Both the position numbers and the translations under genes were made by a program. This document shows positions 20,485 through 28,755 of a stretch of 56,660 nucleotides of DNA, piece by piece. Numbering within the stretch: position 1 is the first letter of the stretch; each line of letters begins with the position of its first letter. Source of the stretch: an uncultured Treponema sp. GTDB taxonomy: Bacteria; Spirochaetota; Spirochaetia; Treponematales; Treponemataceae. The notes beneath the pieces are model-generated. The model made no database searches, had not been told where the DNA came from, and was given only the letters and a program-made list of their open reading frames with translations. The DNA lies in the NCBI GenBank assembly GCA_963547555.1, contig CAUURR010000001.1:1-56660 (forward strand), written 5' to 3'.

Positions 20485-21576
20485 ATGCCGCAAACTTCAT
20501 ATTCATTCAAAAATACGGCCGTTCCGGCTTTTTTTGCCTTATTTATTCTCCTTGTGCCCGCCCTTTTAATCCGTCTGTCGGTTATAGATGCATACACGGC
20601 TCAAATAATCACCCTCGGTGCGGTGAATGCAATTATGGCTATAAGCGTCAATATCGTGTGCGGAATTACCGGACAGCTTTCGCTCGGGCAGGCGGGCTTT
20701 ATGGCTATAGGCGCATATTCGGCTATTTTATTGACGGAAAATGTCGGTTTGCCGCTTCCGGTAAGCATTTTGGCCGCAGGTCTTATCACCGCTTTTGCCG
20801 GATTTTTAATCGGCTTTCCGACTTTAAAACTCACCGGGGACTATCTTGCGATTGTAACGCTCGGTTTCGGTGAAATTATCCGCGTTTTTTTAATCAACTT
20901 TAAAAGCTTTACCGGCGGTGCAAACGGCAAACGTTTTACCGCACCCGCCGCCGTTTTGTTGTCGTTGTCACCCGTTTTGTCCTGGCTTGTTATGCTCGGC
21001 TCCCTTATAGTCATCATTGTGCTTTTGCATAATTTTTTGCGGTCAACCTACGGGCGTGCGATTTTAGCGGTGCGCGAAGACGAAATTGCCGCCGCTTCAA
21101 GCGGTATCGGCGTGTTCCGCTACAAGATGATCGGTTTTGTTATCGCTTCTTTTGTTGCCGGTATCGGAGGCGCCCTCTACGCTCCCTTTATCGGCTTTAT
21201 AAAGCCCGATCTTGCATCCTTTAACCGCAGTATCGATTATTTGATTTTTGTCGTTCTCGGCGGTATGGGTTCAATTACCGGCTCGATCATCGCTTCTTTT
21301 GTATTGACTTTTTTGCAGGAATTCCTGCGCTTTTTAAAAGACTTCCGCCTTTTGATTTATCCTTTGATTTTAATCTTTGTAATGCTGTTCCGCCCGCAAG
21401 GACTTTTGGGGATGAAAGAATTATCTTTCGTTAAGCTTTTTGATTTCGGGCGCGGCTTTATATCAAAGCTTTCGGCCGGCCGCAAGAACCGTTCCTCTGC
21501 AGATAAAAAATCGGCTTGCCCTGTCTGCCGCCTTGTAAAACGCTGCTTTAAAAAGGAGCACTGCGATGGAAAATAA
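20485..21576 (+). CDS. livM: Branched-chain amino acid ABC permease
   Basis: GQLSLGQAGF, GDYLAIVTLGFGEI, VVLGGMGS. Confidence 0.92.
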   Translation: MPQTSYSFKNTAVPAFFALFILLVPALLIRLSVIDAYTAQIITLGAVNAIMAISVNIVCGITGQLSLGQAGFMAIGAYSAILLTENVGLPLPVSILAAGLITAFAGFLIGFPTLKLTGDYLAIVTLGFGEIIRVFLINFKSFTGGANGKRFTAPAAVLLSLSPVLSWLVMLGSLIVIIVLLHNFLRSTYGRAILAVREDEIAAASSGIGVFRYKMIGFVIASFVAGIGGALYAPFIGFIKPDLASFNRSIDYLIFVVLGGMGSITGSIIASFVLTFLQEFLRFLKDFRLLIYPLILIFVMLFRPQGLLGMKELSFVKLFDFGRGFISKLSAGRKNRSSADKKSACPVCRLVKRCFKKEHCDGK

Positions 21577-22366
21577 AAAACTTTTGATGCAGGTAAACGA
21601 TATTTCCATTGTGTTCGGCGGCTTGCGTGCGGTAAGTAATTTTTCATGCTTTATAAATACGGGTGAACTTATAGGCTTAATCGGGCCGAACGGAGCCGGA
21701 AAAACAACGGTATTCAATATGCTTTCGGGCATTTATACGCCGACCGAGGGCAGTATCGATTTTTGGGATAAAAAGCAAAAGGTGCACAGCGTCGAAAAAC
21801 TGTCGAGCGATAAATTAAACCGCATCGGTATTTCGCGTACTTTTCAAAACATCCGCCTGTTCGGTAATTTAACTGCCGAAGAAAACATATTGATTGCCTT
21901 ACACGGCCGGCGTAAAGTAAATCCGCTTGACGTTTTATTGCGTACGCGGCGGTTTTACAAAGACGAGCAGCGTATGAGGGAAAAGGCTGAAGACCTTTTG
22001 CGTCTGTTTAAGATGGCCGAAAAAAAGGACGAGCTTGCAAAAAATCTTCCTTACGGAGAGCAGCGTAAGCTTGAAATTTGCCGCGCCCTTGCTTCAAAAC
22101 CGCGGCTTTTGCTTTTGGACGAACCTGCGGCGGGAATGAATCCGCAGGAAACGGCAGAGCTTATGCAGTTGATTTCCTTTGTCCGTAAAGAATTCGACGT
22201 AACGATTTTATTGATTGAGCACGATATGAACCTCGTTATGGGAATCTGCGAACGCCTGATTGTGCTCGATTACGGGCGCATTATAGCCGAAGGAGAACCT
22301 GAAGCCATCCAAAAAAATCCCGCAGTTATAAAGGCGTATTTGGGAGGGGAGGCCGTACATGCTTAA
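21566..22366 (+). CDS. livG: Branched-chain amino acid ABC ATPase
   Basis: GPNGAGKTT, LPYGEQRKLEI, LLLDEPAAG. Confidence 0.94.
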   Translation: MENKKLLMQVNDISIVFGGLRAVSNFSCFINTGELIGLIGPNGAGKTTVFNMLSGIYTPTEGSIDFWDKKQKVHSVEKLSSDKLNRIGISRTFQNIRLFGNLTAEENILIALHGRRKVNPLDVLLRTRRFYKDEQRMREKAEDLLRLFKMAEKKDELAKNLPYGEQRKLEICRALASKPRLLLLDEPAAGMNPQETAELMQLISFVRKEFDVTILLIEHDMNLVMGICERLIVLDYGRIIAEGEPEAIQKNPAVIKAYLGGEAVHA

Positions 22367-23063
22367 GGTAAAAGATTTAACCGTCCATTACGGAGCCATA
22401 AAGGCGCTGCACGGCATTTCCTTTGAAGTCAATCGGGGAGAAATTATTTCGCTTATCGGTTCAAACGGGGCGGGAAAAACGACGACCCTTCACGCCTTGT
22501 CGAACATTGTAAAAAAAACCGAAGGCAGCGTATTTTTTGAAGGCGAGGATATAACCCATCTTGCCCCCGATGCGATTGTGCGGACGGGCCTTATTCAAGT
22601 TCCCGAGGGCCGGCGTATTTTTGCCAATATGAGCGTATTCGAAAATCTTGAGCTGGGCGCCTTTACGCGAAAAGACCGCGCCGGAATAAAAAAAGATATG
22701 GAACGGGTCTTTGAACTTTTTCCGCGTTTAAAGGAGCGCTTCCGTCAGGCAGGAGGTACCCTTTCCGGCGGAGAACAGCAAATGCTTGCGATGGGCAGGG
22801 CTCTTATGTCGCGCCCGAAGCTCCTCTTGTTGGACGAACCTTCCATGGGCTTGGCACCGATTTTGGTCGATGAAATCTTTTCGATTATACAGGAAATAAA
22901 CCGCGAAGGAACGACGATTTTATTGGTTGAACAAAACGCTTTTAAAGCTTTGAATATTGCCGACCGTGCCTACATCCTCGAAACGGGAAATGTTGTAAAA
23001 ACGGCTTCGGGTGCGGATTTAATCCGCGATGAAAGCGTAAAAAAAGCGTATTTGGGCGGATAG
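22359..23063 (+). CDS. livF: Branched-chain amino acid ABC ATPase
   Basis: GSNGAGKTT, LSGGEQQM, LDEPSMGLAP. Confidence 0.94.
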   Translation: MLKVKDLTVHYGAIKALHGISFEVNRGEIISLIGSNGAGKTTTLHALSNIVKKTEGSVFFEGEDITHLAPDAIVRTGLIQVPEGRRIFANMSVFENLELGAFTRKDRAGIKKDMERVFELFPRLKERFRQAGGTLSGGEQQMLAMGRALMSRPKLLLLDEPSMGLAPILVDEIFSIIQEINREGTTILLVEQNAFKALNIADRAYILETGNVVKTASGADLIRDESVKKAYLGG

Positions 23064-23080
23064 TGTTTTATACGAAGTCG

Positions 23081-23119
23081 ATAAAAAGTGCCGTCTGAGA
23101 TGTCGCCGGCACTTTTTAT
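23081..23119. terminator. Bidirectional terminator-like hairpin
   Basis: ataaaaagtgccg...cggcactttttat perfect arms. Confidence 0.7.
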
Positions 23120-23120
23120 G

Positions 23121-23234
23121 CCGAGTTTGCCTTTGAGCAAACATCATTTTATTTACTGCGCTTTCTCAACTGACGTTTGCGAAAGCGCTAAAAAATGTTT
23201 CTCGGCTTTTGAAAAAGCCTACGAAACATTTTTT
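23121..23234. repeat. Multi-hairpin intergenic (REP-like) element
   Basis: gagtttgc..gcaaacatc; gcgctttc..gaaagcgc; aaaaatgtttc..gaaacattttt. Confidence 0.55.
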
Positions 23235-23245
23235 AGGAGGTTGGT

Positions 23246-23884
23246 ATGATTGTTGCCGATGTTATGACTAAAAATCCCGTGTGCGTAAATCCGGATATGT
23301 CGGTAAACGACGTAAAGGCACTTATGACCAAGGAGGGAGTAAGCAAATTTCCCGTTTTGGATAAAAACGATAACCTTGTGGGCATCGTTACAAAAAAGGA
23401 TTTGTTAAAGGCCGCTCCTTCTTCCGCCACAACCCTTGATATGTACGAAATCAGCTACTTGTTGTCGAAACTGACGGTTAAAAAAATTATGGAAAAGGAC
23501 GTAACCATCGTTCAGGAAAACGAGGTTGTCGAAGAAGCCGCCCGCATTATGGCTGACGGCGATATATCCTGCCTTCCGGTTATGCGCGGCAATTTACTTG
23601 TAGGAATCATAACCGAAAAAGATTTATTCAGAACCTTTGTCGATATGTTCGGTGCCCGTCATCAGGGGGTGCGCGCCGTCTTTTCTTTGGATGAAAAACC
23701 CGGTCAAATTGCCCGCCTTGCCAAAGCCATTGCCGACTTGAACGGCAACATCGTTTCTTTGGTAACCGCCGAGGGTGAAGATATAAAACATCGGCGTTGT
23801 ACGATAAAGGTATCGGACTTAAAAAAAGAAGCACTTGTAAAAATACTCGGTGAAACAGGAGCCGTTACGGAAGATATCCGCTGA
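23246..23884 (+). CDS. CBS-pair plus ACT domain protein (AcuB-like)
   Basis: Two CBS repeats (VADVMTKNP, LVGIVT, LVGIITEKD) and ACT motif EKPGQIARL. Confidence 0.88.
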   Translation: MIVADVMTKNPVCVNPDMSVNDVKALMTKEGVSKFPVLDKNDNLVGIVTKKDLLKAAPSSATTLDMYEISYLLSKLTVKKIMEKDVTIVQENEVVEEAARIMADGDISCLPVMRGNLLVGIITEKDLFRTFVDMFGARHQGVRAVFSLDEKPGQIARLAKAIADLNGNIVSLVTAEGEDIKHRRCTIKVSDLKKEALVKILGETGAVTEDIR

Positions 23885-23991
23885 TTGTGATTTATAACCG
23901 CAAAACTATTGATTTTTTGAGAGTTTTGCGGACATATATGTAACCGCCTCGAATTCGCGTATGATGTCATCCGAGACCGATGATTTTATCC

Positions 23992-24020
23992 TTGTCAATA
24001 TCGTCTGCTTGTGCTATACT
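23992..24020 (+). promoter_or_regulatory. Sigma70-type promoter P1 (extended -10)
   Basis: TTGTCA-N17-TATACT with TG at the extended position; ATG 7 nt downstream. Confidence 0.55.
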
Positions 24021-24097
24021 CTTATTTATGAATGCTGTACGGCAGACGGAAGATTACACATTTCCGCATAAAATTTGCATTTTTCCGAAAAAAGCTC

Positions 24098-24125
24098 TTG
24101 ACACAAAAAGAGCGTGCCGTATAAT
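24098..24125 (+). promoter_or_regulatory. Sigma70-type promoter P2
   Basis: TTGACA-N16-TATAAT, consensus hexamers. Confidence 0.7.
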
Positions 24126-24130
24126 CCGTT

Positions 24131-24193
24131 CGATACCCGATACCCGATACCCGATACCCGATACCCGATACCCGATACCCGATACCCGATACC
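24131..24193 (+). repeat. Perfect heptamer tandem repeat (CGATACC)x9
   Basis: 63 nt, nine exact copies. Confidence 0.97.
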
Positions 24194-24194
24194 T

Positions 24195-24264
24195 GCATAA
24201 AAGCTCGCTGCAGAGCTGCTCGCTTTTATGCTTCGAGTTTCGTCGGCGCAGCCGGCGAAACTCG
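24195..24264. repeat. Two REP-like hairpins in the LRR gene leader
   Basis: gcataaaagc..gcttttatgc and cgagtttcgtcggc-gca-gccggcgaaactcg. Confidence 0.65.
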
Positions 24265-24449
24265 CGGAAGTATAGCTTTTATAACTCACATTCAAACTTA
24301 CATTCCCGTTCCCGCACAAACTCGCGGACATACAGTTTTCAATTTTCAAATCTCAAGTATTATTCTCTTTATTGTACCAGCTCGTTTTTATGTTCGCATA
24401 GCATGCAATTTTTCCACTTATATATATTCGGTTTTGGTAGGAGGATAAG

Positions 24450-25754
24450 ATGAAAACCGTACAAAGATTTTCTGTGATTGTGCCGGCACTTGTGTGCGCC
24501 TGTGCAATTTTGTTTTTGGGCTGCCCGCAAAAGATAGACGGCGGGCAGTCGGGGGGGATGCAAAGCGGACCGGACCCGAACTTGAGAATTGAGGGCACTG
24601 TACTTAAAGGCTGGAACGAAACACCCCCGACCGTACTGAATGTTCCCGCAGGCGTTACCGAAATAGCCGCTAATGCATTTAAGAACTGTACAAGTTTGAC
24701 CGGTGTGAACTTACCTGCAAGTCTTAAAAAGATAGGCAACTATGCTTTTAGCGGCTGTACGGGGTTGACGGGAACGGTAAGCTTACCTGCAAAACTTGAA
24801 ACGGTTGGAGGGGATGCTTTTAGCGGCTGTACGGGGATAACTGCTCTTGATTTTTCCGCCTGTACGCAGTCTTTTGTAATTAATGATTATGCTTTTGCCG
24901 GCTGTACGGGGTTGACGGGGCAGGTAGGTTTTTCTTCGGGACTTACAAAGATTAAGTACGAGGCTTTTAAGGGCTGTACCAAGGTAAGCGGGTTTGATTT
25001 TTCGCAGTGTACACAGCTTACGTCAATAGGTACTCGCGCTTTTGCAGGCTGTACGCAGATAACGCAAGTGCAATTACCTAAAAGCCTTCAAACGATTTCG
25101 GGAAGTACTTTTGACGGCTGTACACACCTTACAAGTCTTACGGTTGATTCGCCGGATGCACAGTTATGCGCTATAGACAATATCGTTTACAGTGCGGATA
25201 AAAAGCGGCTGTTATGCAGAATACCGAATGTTACGTCGGCTAACTTTCCGGACGGGCTTGAAGAAATAGCGGCTAGTGCATTTAAGAACTGTACAAGTTT
25301 GACCGGTGTGAACTTACCTGCAAGTCTTAAAAAGATAGGCAACTATGCTTTTAGCGGCTGTACGGGGTTGACGGGAACGGTAAGCTTACCTGCAAAACTT
25401 GAAACGGTTGGAGGGGATGCTTTTAGCGGCTGTACGGGGATAACTGCTCTTGATTTTTCCGCCTGTACGCAGTCTTTTGTAATTAATGATTATGCTTTTG
25501 CCGGCTGTACGGGGTTGACGGGGCAGGTAGGTTTTTCTTCGGGACTTACAAAGATTAAGTACGAGGCTTTTAAGGGCTGTACCAAGGTAAGCGGGTTTGA
25601 TTTTTCGCAGTGTACACAGCTTACGTCAATAGGTACTCGCGCTTTTGCAGGCTGTACGGCGGTGACATATAAGGTTAAAACGGGCAGTCTGATACGGAAT
25701 TTATTGCTTAACAGCGGAAGCGGCATTACGGCGAGTCAAATCATCGAAGAGTAA
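24450..25754 (+). CDS. BspA/TpLRR-type leucine-rich repeat surface lipoprotein
   Basis: Lipobox LFLGC; repeated AFxGCTxLTxxxLPxxLxxIG units; AGGAGG SD. Confidence 0.92.
   Translation: MKTVQRFSVIVPALVCACAILFLGCPQKIDGGQSGGMQSGPDPNLRIEGTVLKGWNETPPTVLNVPAGVTEIAANAFKNCTSLTGVNLPASLKKIGNYAFSGCTGLTGTVSLPAKLETVGGDAFSGCTGITALDFSACTQSFVINDYAFAGCTGLTGQVGFSSGLTKIKYEAFKGCTKVSGFDFSQCTQLTSIGTRAFAGCTQITQVQLPKSLQTISGSTFDGCTHLTSLTVDSPDAQLCAIDNIVYSADKKRLLCRIPNVTSANFPDGLEEIAASAFKNCTSLTGVNLPASLKKIGNYAFSGCTGLTGTVSLPAKLETVGGDAFSGCTGITALDFSACTQSFVINDYAFAGCTGLTGQVGFSSGLTKIKYEAFKGCTKVSGFDFSQCTQLTSIGTRAFAGCTAVTYKVKTGSLIRNLLLNSGSGITASQIIEE
24674..25658 (+). repeat. Exact 382-bp direct repeat (24674-25055 = 25277-25658) inside the LRR gene
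   Basis: Base-by-base reading found no mismatch; offset 603 nt (201 codons). Confidence 0.93.
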
Positions 25755-25853
25755 TAAAAAAGTTTTAATACCGGGTATCGGTTAAATCTTCCCTGCACAA
25801 AGGTGCGGGGAAGTATAATTATAATGGCGGCTTATATGCCGAAAGGAAGGAAG

Positions 25854-26309
25854 ATGAGTATGGCTATCGGTATCGACATTCCGTCAAAAACGGAAATTTT
25901 TAAGCGAAGTATTCCGGTAAAAACTGCGGCAAAGGGTGAATCATGGTCGGCTTCACAGTTGGGCGAAGCGGCAAAAAATCCGGGTGTGTATGTTTTGTCT
26001 TTTAATAAAGAGATTTTGTACGTAGGTTTAACTTCAGGTAAAAAAGGCGCGCAGTACGGTGTGTTCGGCGCACGGCTTAGAAGGGAGTTTCACTACAGTG
26101 CTTCGGGCAACAGTGCCTTATATCAACTACTTGTTTCGCAGCAGGCACCGATCGATGTGTCTTTATTTGATTTTGACGAAATCGACGCTTTGATTACAAG
26201 CGATAAACCCAAACTTTCTCCGAAGGCAAAAGCCTTTATATTTGAGCAGGCTCTTACGGCGGTGTTTAATCCTCCGGGAAATAAACAGCAAAAATATCTG
26301 AGCGAATAA
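25854..26309 (+). CDS. Stand-alone GIY-YIG superfamily nuclease
   Basis: PGVY...LYVG...RL...E...NPPGN pattern; start uncertain (25803-25860). Confidence 0.7.
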   Translation: MSMAIGIDIPSKTEIFKRSIPVKTAAKGESWSASQLGEAAKNPGVYVLSFNKEILYVGLTSGKKGAQYGVFGARLRREFHYSASGNSALYQLLVSQQAPIDVSLFDFDEIDALITSDKPKLSPKAKAFIFEQALTAVFNPPGNKQQKYLSE

Positions 26310-26315
26310 AATATC

Positions 26316-26347
26316 GGCTGTCCGAAAACAGGTGTTCCCGGACAGCC
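26316..26347. terminator. Hairpin between convergent GIY-YIG and hsp20 genes
   Basis: ggctgtccg...cggacagcc. Confidence 0.55.
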
Positions 26348-26367
26348 TTGCACCTTTACCGGCTTTT

Positions 26368-26793
26368 TCAGCCTGCGGTGATGGCGATGGTGCGGGCCTT
26401 CGATTGGGCTCTGCGCGGTATGCTGATTGTCAACAGGCCGTTTTTAAAGCCTGCGGACACTTTTTCGCTTTCGATGTCTTCGGGCAGGGTAAAGCTGCGC
26501 GAAAAGCTTTTTGACACGCGTTCCCTGATAAGCCATTCGCCGTCGACTTTTTCTTCCTTTTTGTCCTCTTTTGCGGAGCTGATCGAAAGGATGCGGTCTT
26601 TCAAATTGATTTCCACATCTTTTTCGGTTGAGCCGGGCAGTTCCATCTCGAGCACGTATTCATCCTTTGTTTCGCGAACGTCTACGCGCGGCAGACTGCA
26701 TTTTGACGAAGTTTCCGTGCCGGAAAAATTGCGGTCGATTACATCGAATAAGTCGGATGTAAATCTGGGGTTAAAAAAAGATAATGTGTTCAT
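26368..26793 (-). CDS. Small heat-shock protein, Hsp20/alpha-crystallin family
   Basis: PRVDVRE, ELPG, FSRSFTLP, AGFKNGLLTISIP; AGGAGG SD. Confidence 0.95.
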   Translation of the reverse strand: MNTLSFFNPRFTSDLFDVIDRNFSGTETSSKCSLPRVDVRETKDEYVLEMELPGSTEKDVEINLKDRILSISSAKEDKKEEKVDGEWLIRERVSKSFSRSFTLPEDIESEKVSAGFKNGLLTISIPRRAQSKARTIAITAG

Positions 26794-26905
26794 AGCGTAC
26801 CTCCTATGGTTTGTTGCGTTTTGTGCCGGTTCCGCTTGTCGGCGGGGATAGCCGAAACCCGATCGGTTTGCAGGTAATCCGTTTGCCGGTCTTCACTTAT
26901 ACTAT

Positions 26906-26922
26906 AGCAGGATTCATGCCAA
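26906..26922 (-). promoter_or_regulatory. Candidate sigma54 (-24/-12) promoter for hsp20
   Basis: Minus strand TTGGCATGAATCCTGCT: GG-N10-GC spacing. Confidence 0.6.
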
Positions 26923-27223
26923 CTTTTTTTGATTTATTTTATTTCGTTGTATTATAATAAAATATATTTTTCCGAAAAATCGGGAAAGATAGAAATGTGT
27001 ATGCGTCCGAGCAAAATCGGGTAAAAACAGGCTGTAAATCGGAAAATCGGGGAATCGAATAAATAAAAAGAGGTAAAAAGAGGCTTATTGTGTCAAAAAG
27101 TTTATCTTTGATGTGTGTTTTTGACACATATTTAATTTTCAAAGGGGAAAATCGGGTATTTTATGTATGTTGTTGACTTGCGGGCGGTTTTACTTTTTAT
27201 CGAATTTATAGTATAATCGATAT

Positions 27224-28693
27224 ATGATACAAAGGGATTTTCCGTACGAAACCGTCAATACGTTTTTGCGTTCCTGTACCGATGCATTTATGCCTAAAAC
27301 GGTGCAGCGTTTGCTGCGTGCCGAAGGCGTGCGTATCGACGTTCAGGAGGTTACGGATTTTTTGGACGGTCATCCCTCGGTTTTTTTTCTTTCCGGCGGC
27401 CGTTATATTACGCGCGCGGGGATTTTTACCAATGCCTGTTTCAGTATAAAACCGCAGCGCTTTGAAATCGAGTCGGGGATTTTGATTATCGGGCACCGCT
27501 GTATGCCTTTTGCCGATCCGGAGATGCTTCCTCATGAATTGAGTTTTACCTTTTCGGGTATGACAATCCGTAAAAAATGTATCGAAATCGCCTCGGATGA
27601 TGTATTGGATATGTACCGTCTGTTCGGTGAAGAGTATGTACCGCAGTTTCTCGGTCTTGATCCGGGAAATGAAGACCGGGATTTTGCCCGAAACGATTTT
27701 GAAATACCGAACCGTATATTTCTTACGGTATGCGATATGCGCGCTCTGTATAAAAAGTGGGATTTTTCTTACGGCGACCGTTTGTCGGCTCGTCTTTTAA
27801 ATTGGAATGAAGGTTTGATAGAGATTCTTCCCGTTAAAGAAATGCGTTCGCATATATTTGAATCAACTGAAGAAAACGATGTTCGCGAGCGCTGGTATGA
27901 GCATCTGGAAAATGCGCTGATTTCGGCGATCGAAAAATACGGTCCCTGCCAAAGTATTGAAGAGCAGCTTGCCTGCACCTTTGTGGATAATACCGATGTT
28001 CTTTGTATTCCGGGCTGCGGTTCTCTTGATGAATATTTGGGACGTACAAAAAAAATCGTTTTTGCCGAGTACGGCGTTGAAACCCGCTTATGGAAAAAAG
28101 GTGAAGAATGTACCGCGTCCTCGTGGCGTGACCGCTTTGAAAGCGGTATTGATGTGTCCGAAACGCTGTATGGGGAAATCGGTATTCCTCTTCCGGAATT
28201 TATGGTTGACGCTTATATTCTCGATTCTTTATACCGTAAAGATAAGGGCATTCGGGATGTGTTTAAGAGAATAATTCCTTCTTCGTTTGTGTTGGAAGAA
28301 TGGCAGCTTAAAACTTTTTTATTGCACCTTGAAACCAAATATGTTATACTTTCGGAAACATACAACAGATTTACGGATTTTAATAAGGGTGAAGTACGAA
28401 GCCGTGCTTTAAAGTTGTATTCGGCATTGGTAAAACTTATTTGCGATCTTGATTCCTGCGGACTGCCTGCCGATTTATTCCCGCAGCAGGATTTGGTTGT
28501 TTTATCACAGCTTTTTGCTCATACGGGGCATTTGGTGGAAGCTTTGTTGTATCAGGAAAATTTGTCGGACAAGGATTTAAGTGCGGCTTCGGCTTCGCTT
28601 GAAGGTATGACATTCAGCTTTGAGGATATAGAAGAAATACTTGTTTCCGTTATGGAAAACAAAAAAAAGGACGCTTTTTCTATTGTAAAGTAG
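27224..28693 (+). CDS. Hypothetical cytoplasmic protein (489 aa)
   Basis: Long ORF with normal composition; no motif recognised. Confidence 0.8.
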   Translation: MIQRDFPYETVNTFLRSCTDAFMPKTVQRLLRAEGVRIDVQEVTDFLDGHPSVFFLSGGRYITRAGIFTNACFSIKPQRFEIESGILIIGHRCMPFADPEMLPHELSFTFSGMTIRKKCIEIASDDVLDMYRLFGEEYVPQFLGLDPGNEDRDFARNDFEIPNRIFLTVCDMRALYKKWDFSYGDRLSARLLNWNEGLIEILPVKEMRSHIFESTEENDVRERWYEHLENALISAIEKYGPCQSIEEQLACTFVDNTDVLCIPGCGSLDEYLGRTKKIVFAEYGVETRLWKKGEECTASSWRDRFESGIDVSETLYGEIGIPLPEFMVDAYILDSLYRKDKGIRDVFKRIIPSSFVLEEWQLKTFLLHLETKYVILSETYNRFTDFNKGEVRSRALKLYSALVKLICDLDSCGLPADLFPQQDLVVLSQLFAHTGHLVEALLYQENLSDKDLSAASASLEGMTFSFEDIEEILVSVMENKKKDAFSIVK

Positions 28694-28755
28694 TCCTTAT
28701 ATTTTAAGTCAATCGAAAGCTAAAGTTTTCTTTTTGACTGTTTATGGGAGCGTAT

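Noticed and set aside
24131..24193. Repeat as a CRISPR array
   Set aside because: Contiguous 7-mers without spacers; no cas genes
24026..24349. Minus-strand ORF with GIGYRVS repeats
   Set aside because: Simply the antisense translation of the heptamer repeat; no SD or promoter support
24551..24557. G7 tract early in the LRR gene (also G8 at 53099-53106)
   Set aside because: Short, in-frame and explained by Gly codons; weak evidence for phase variation
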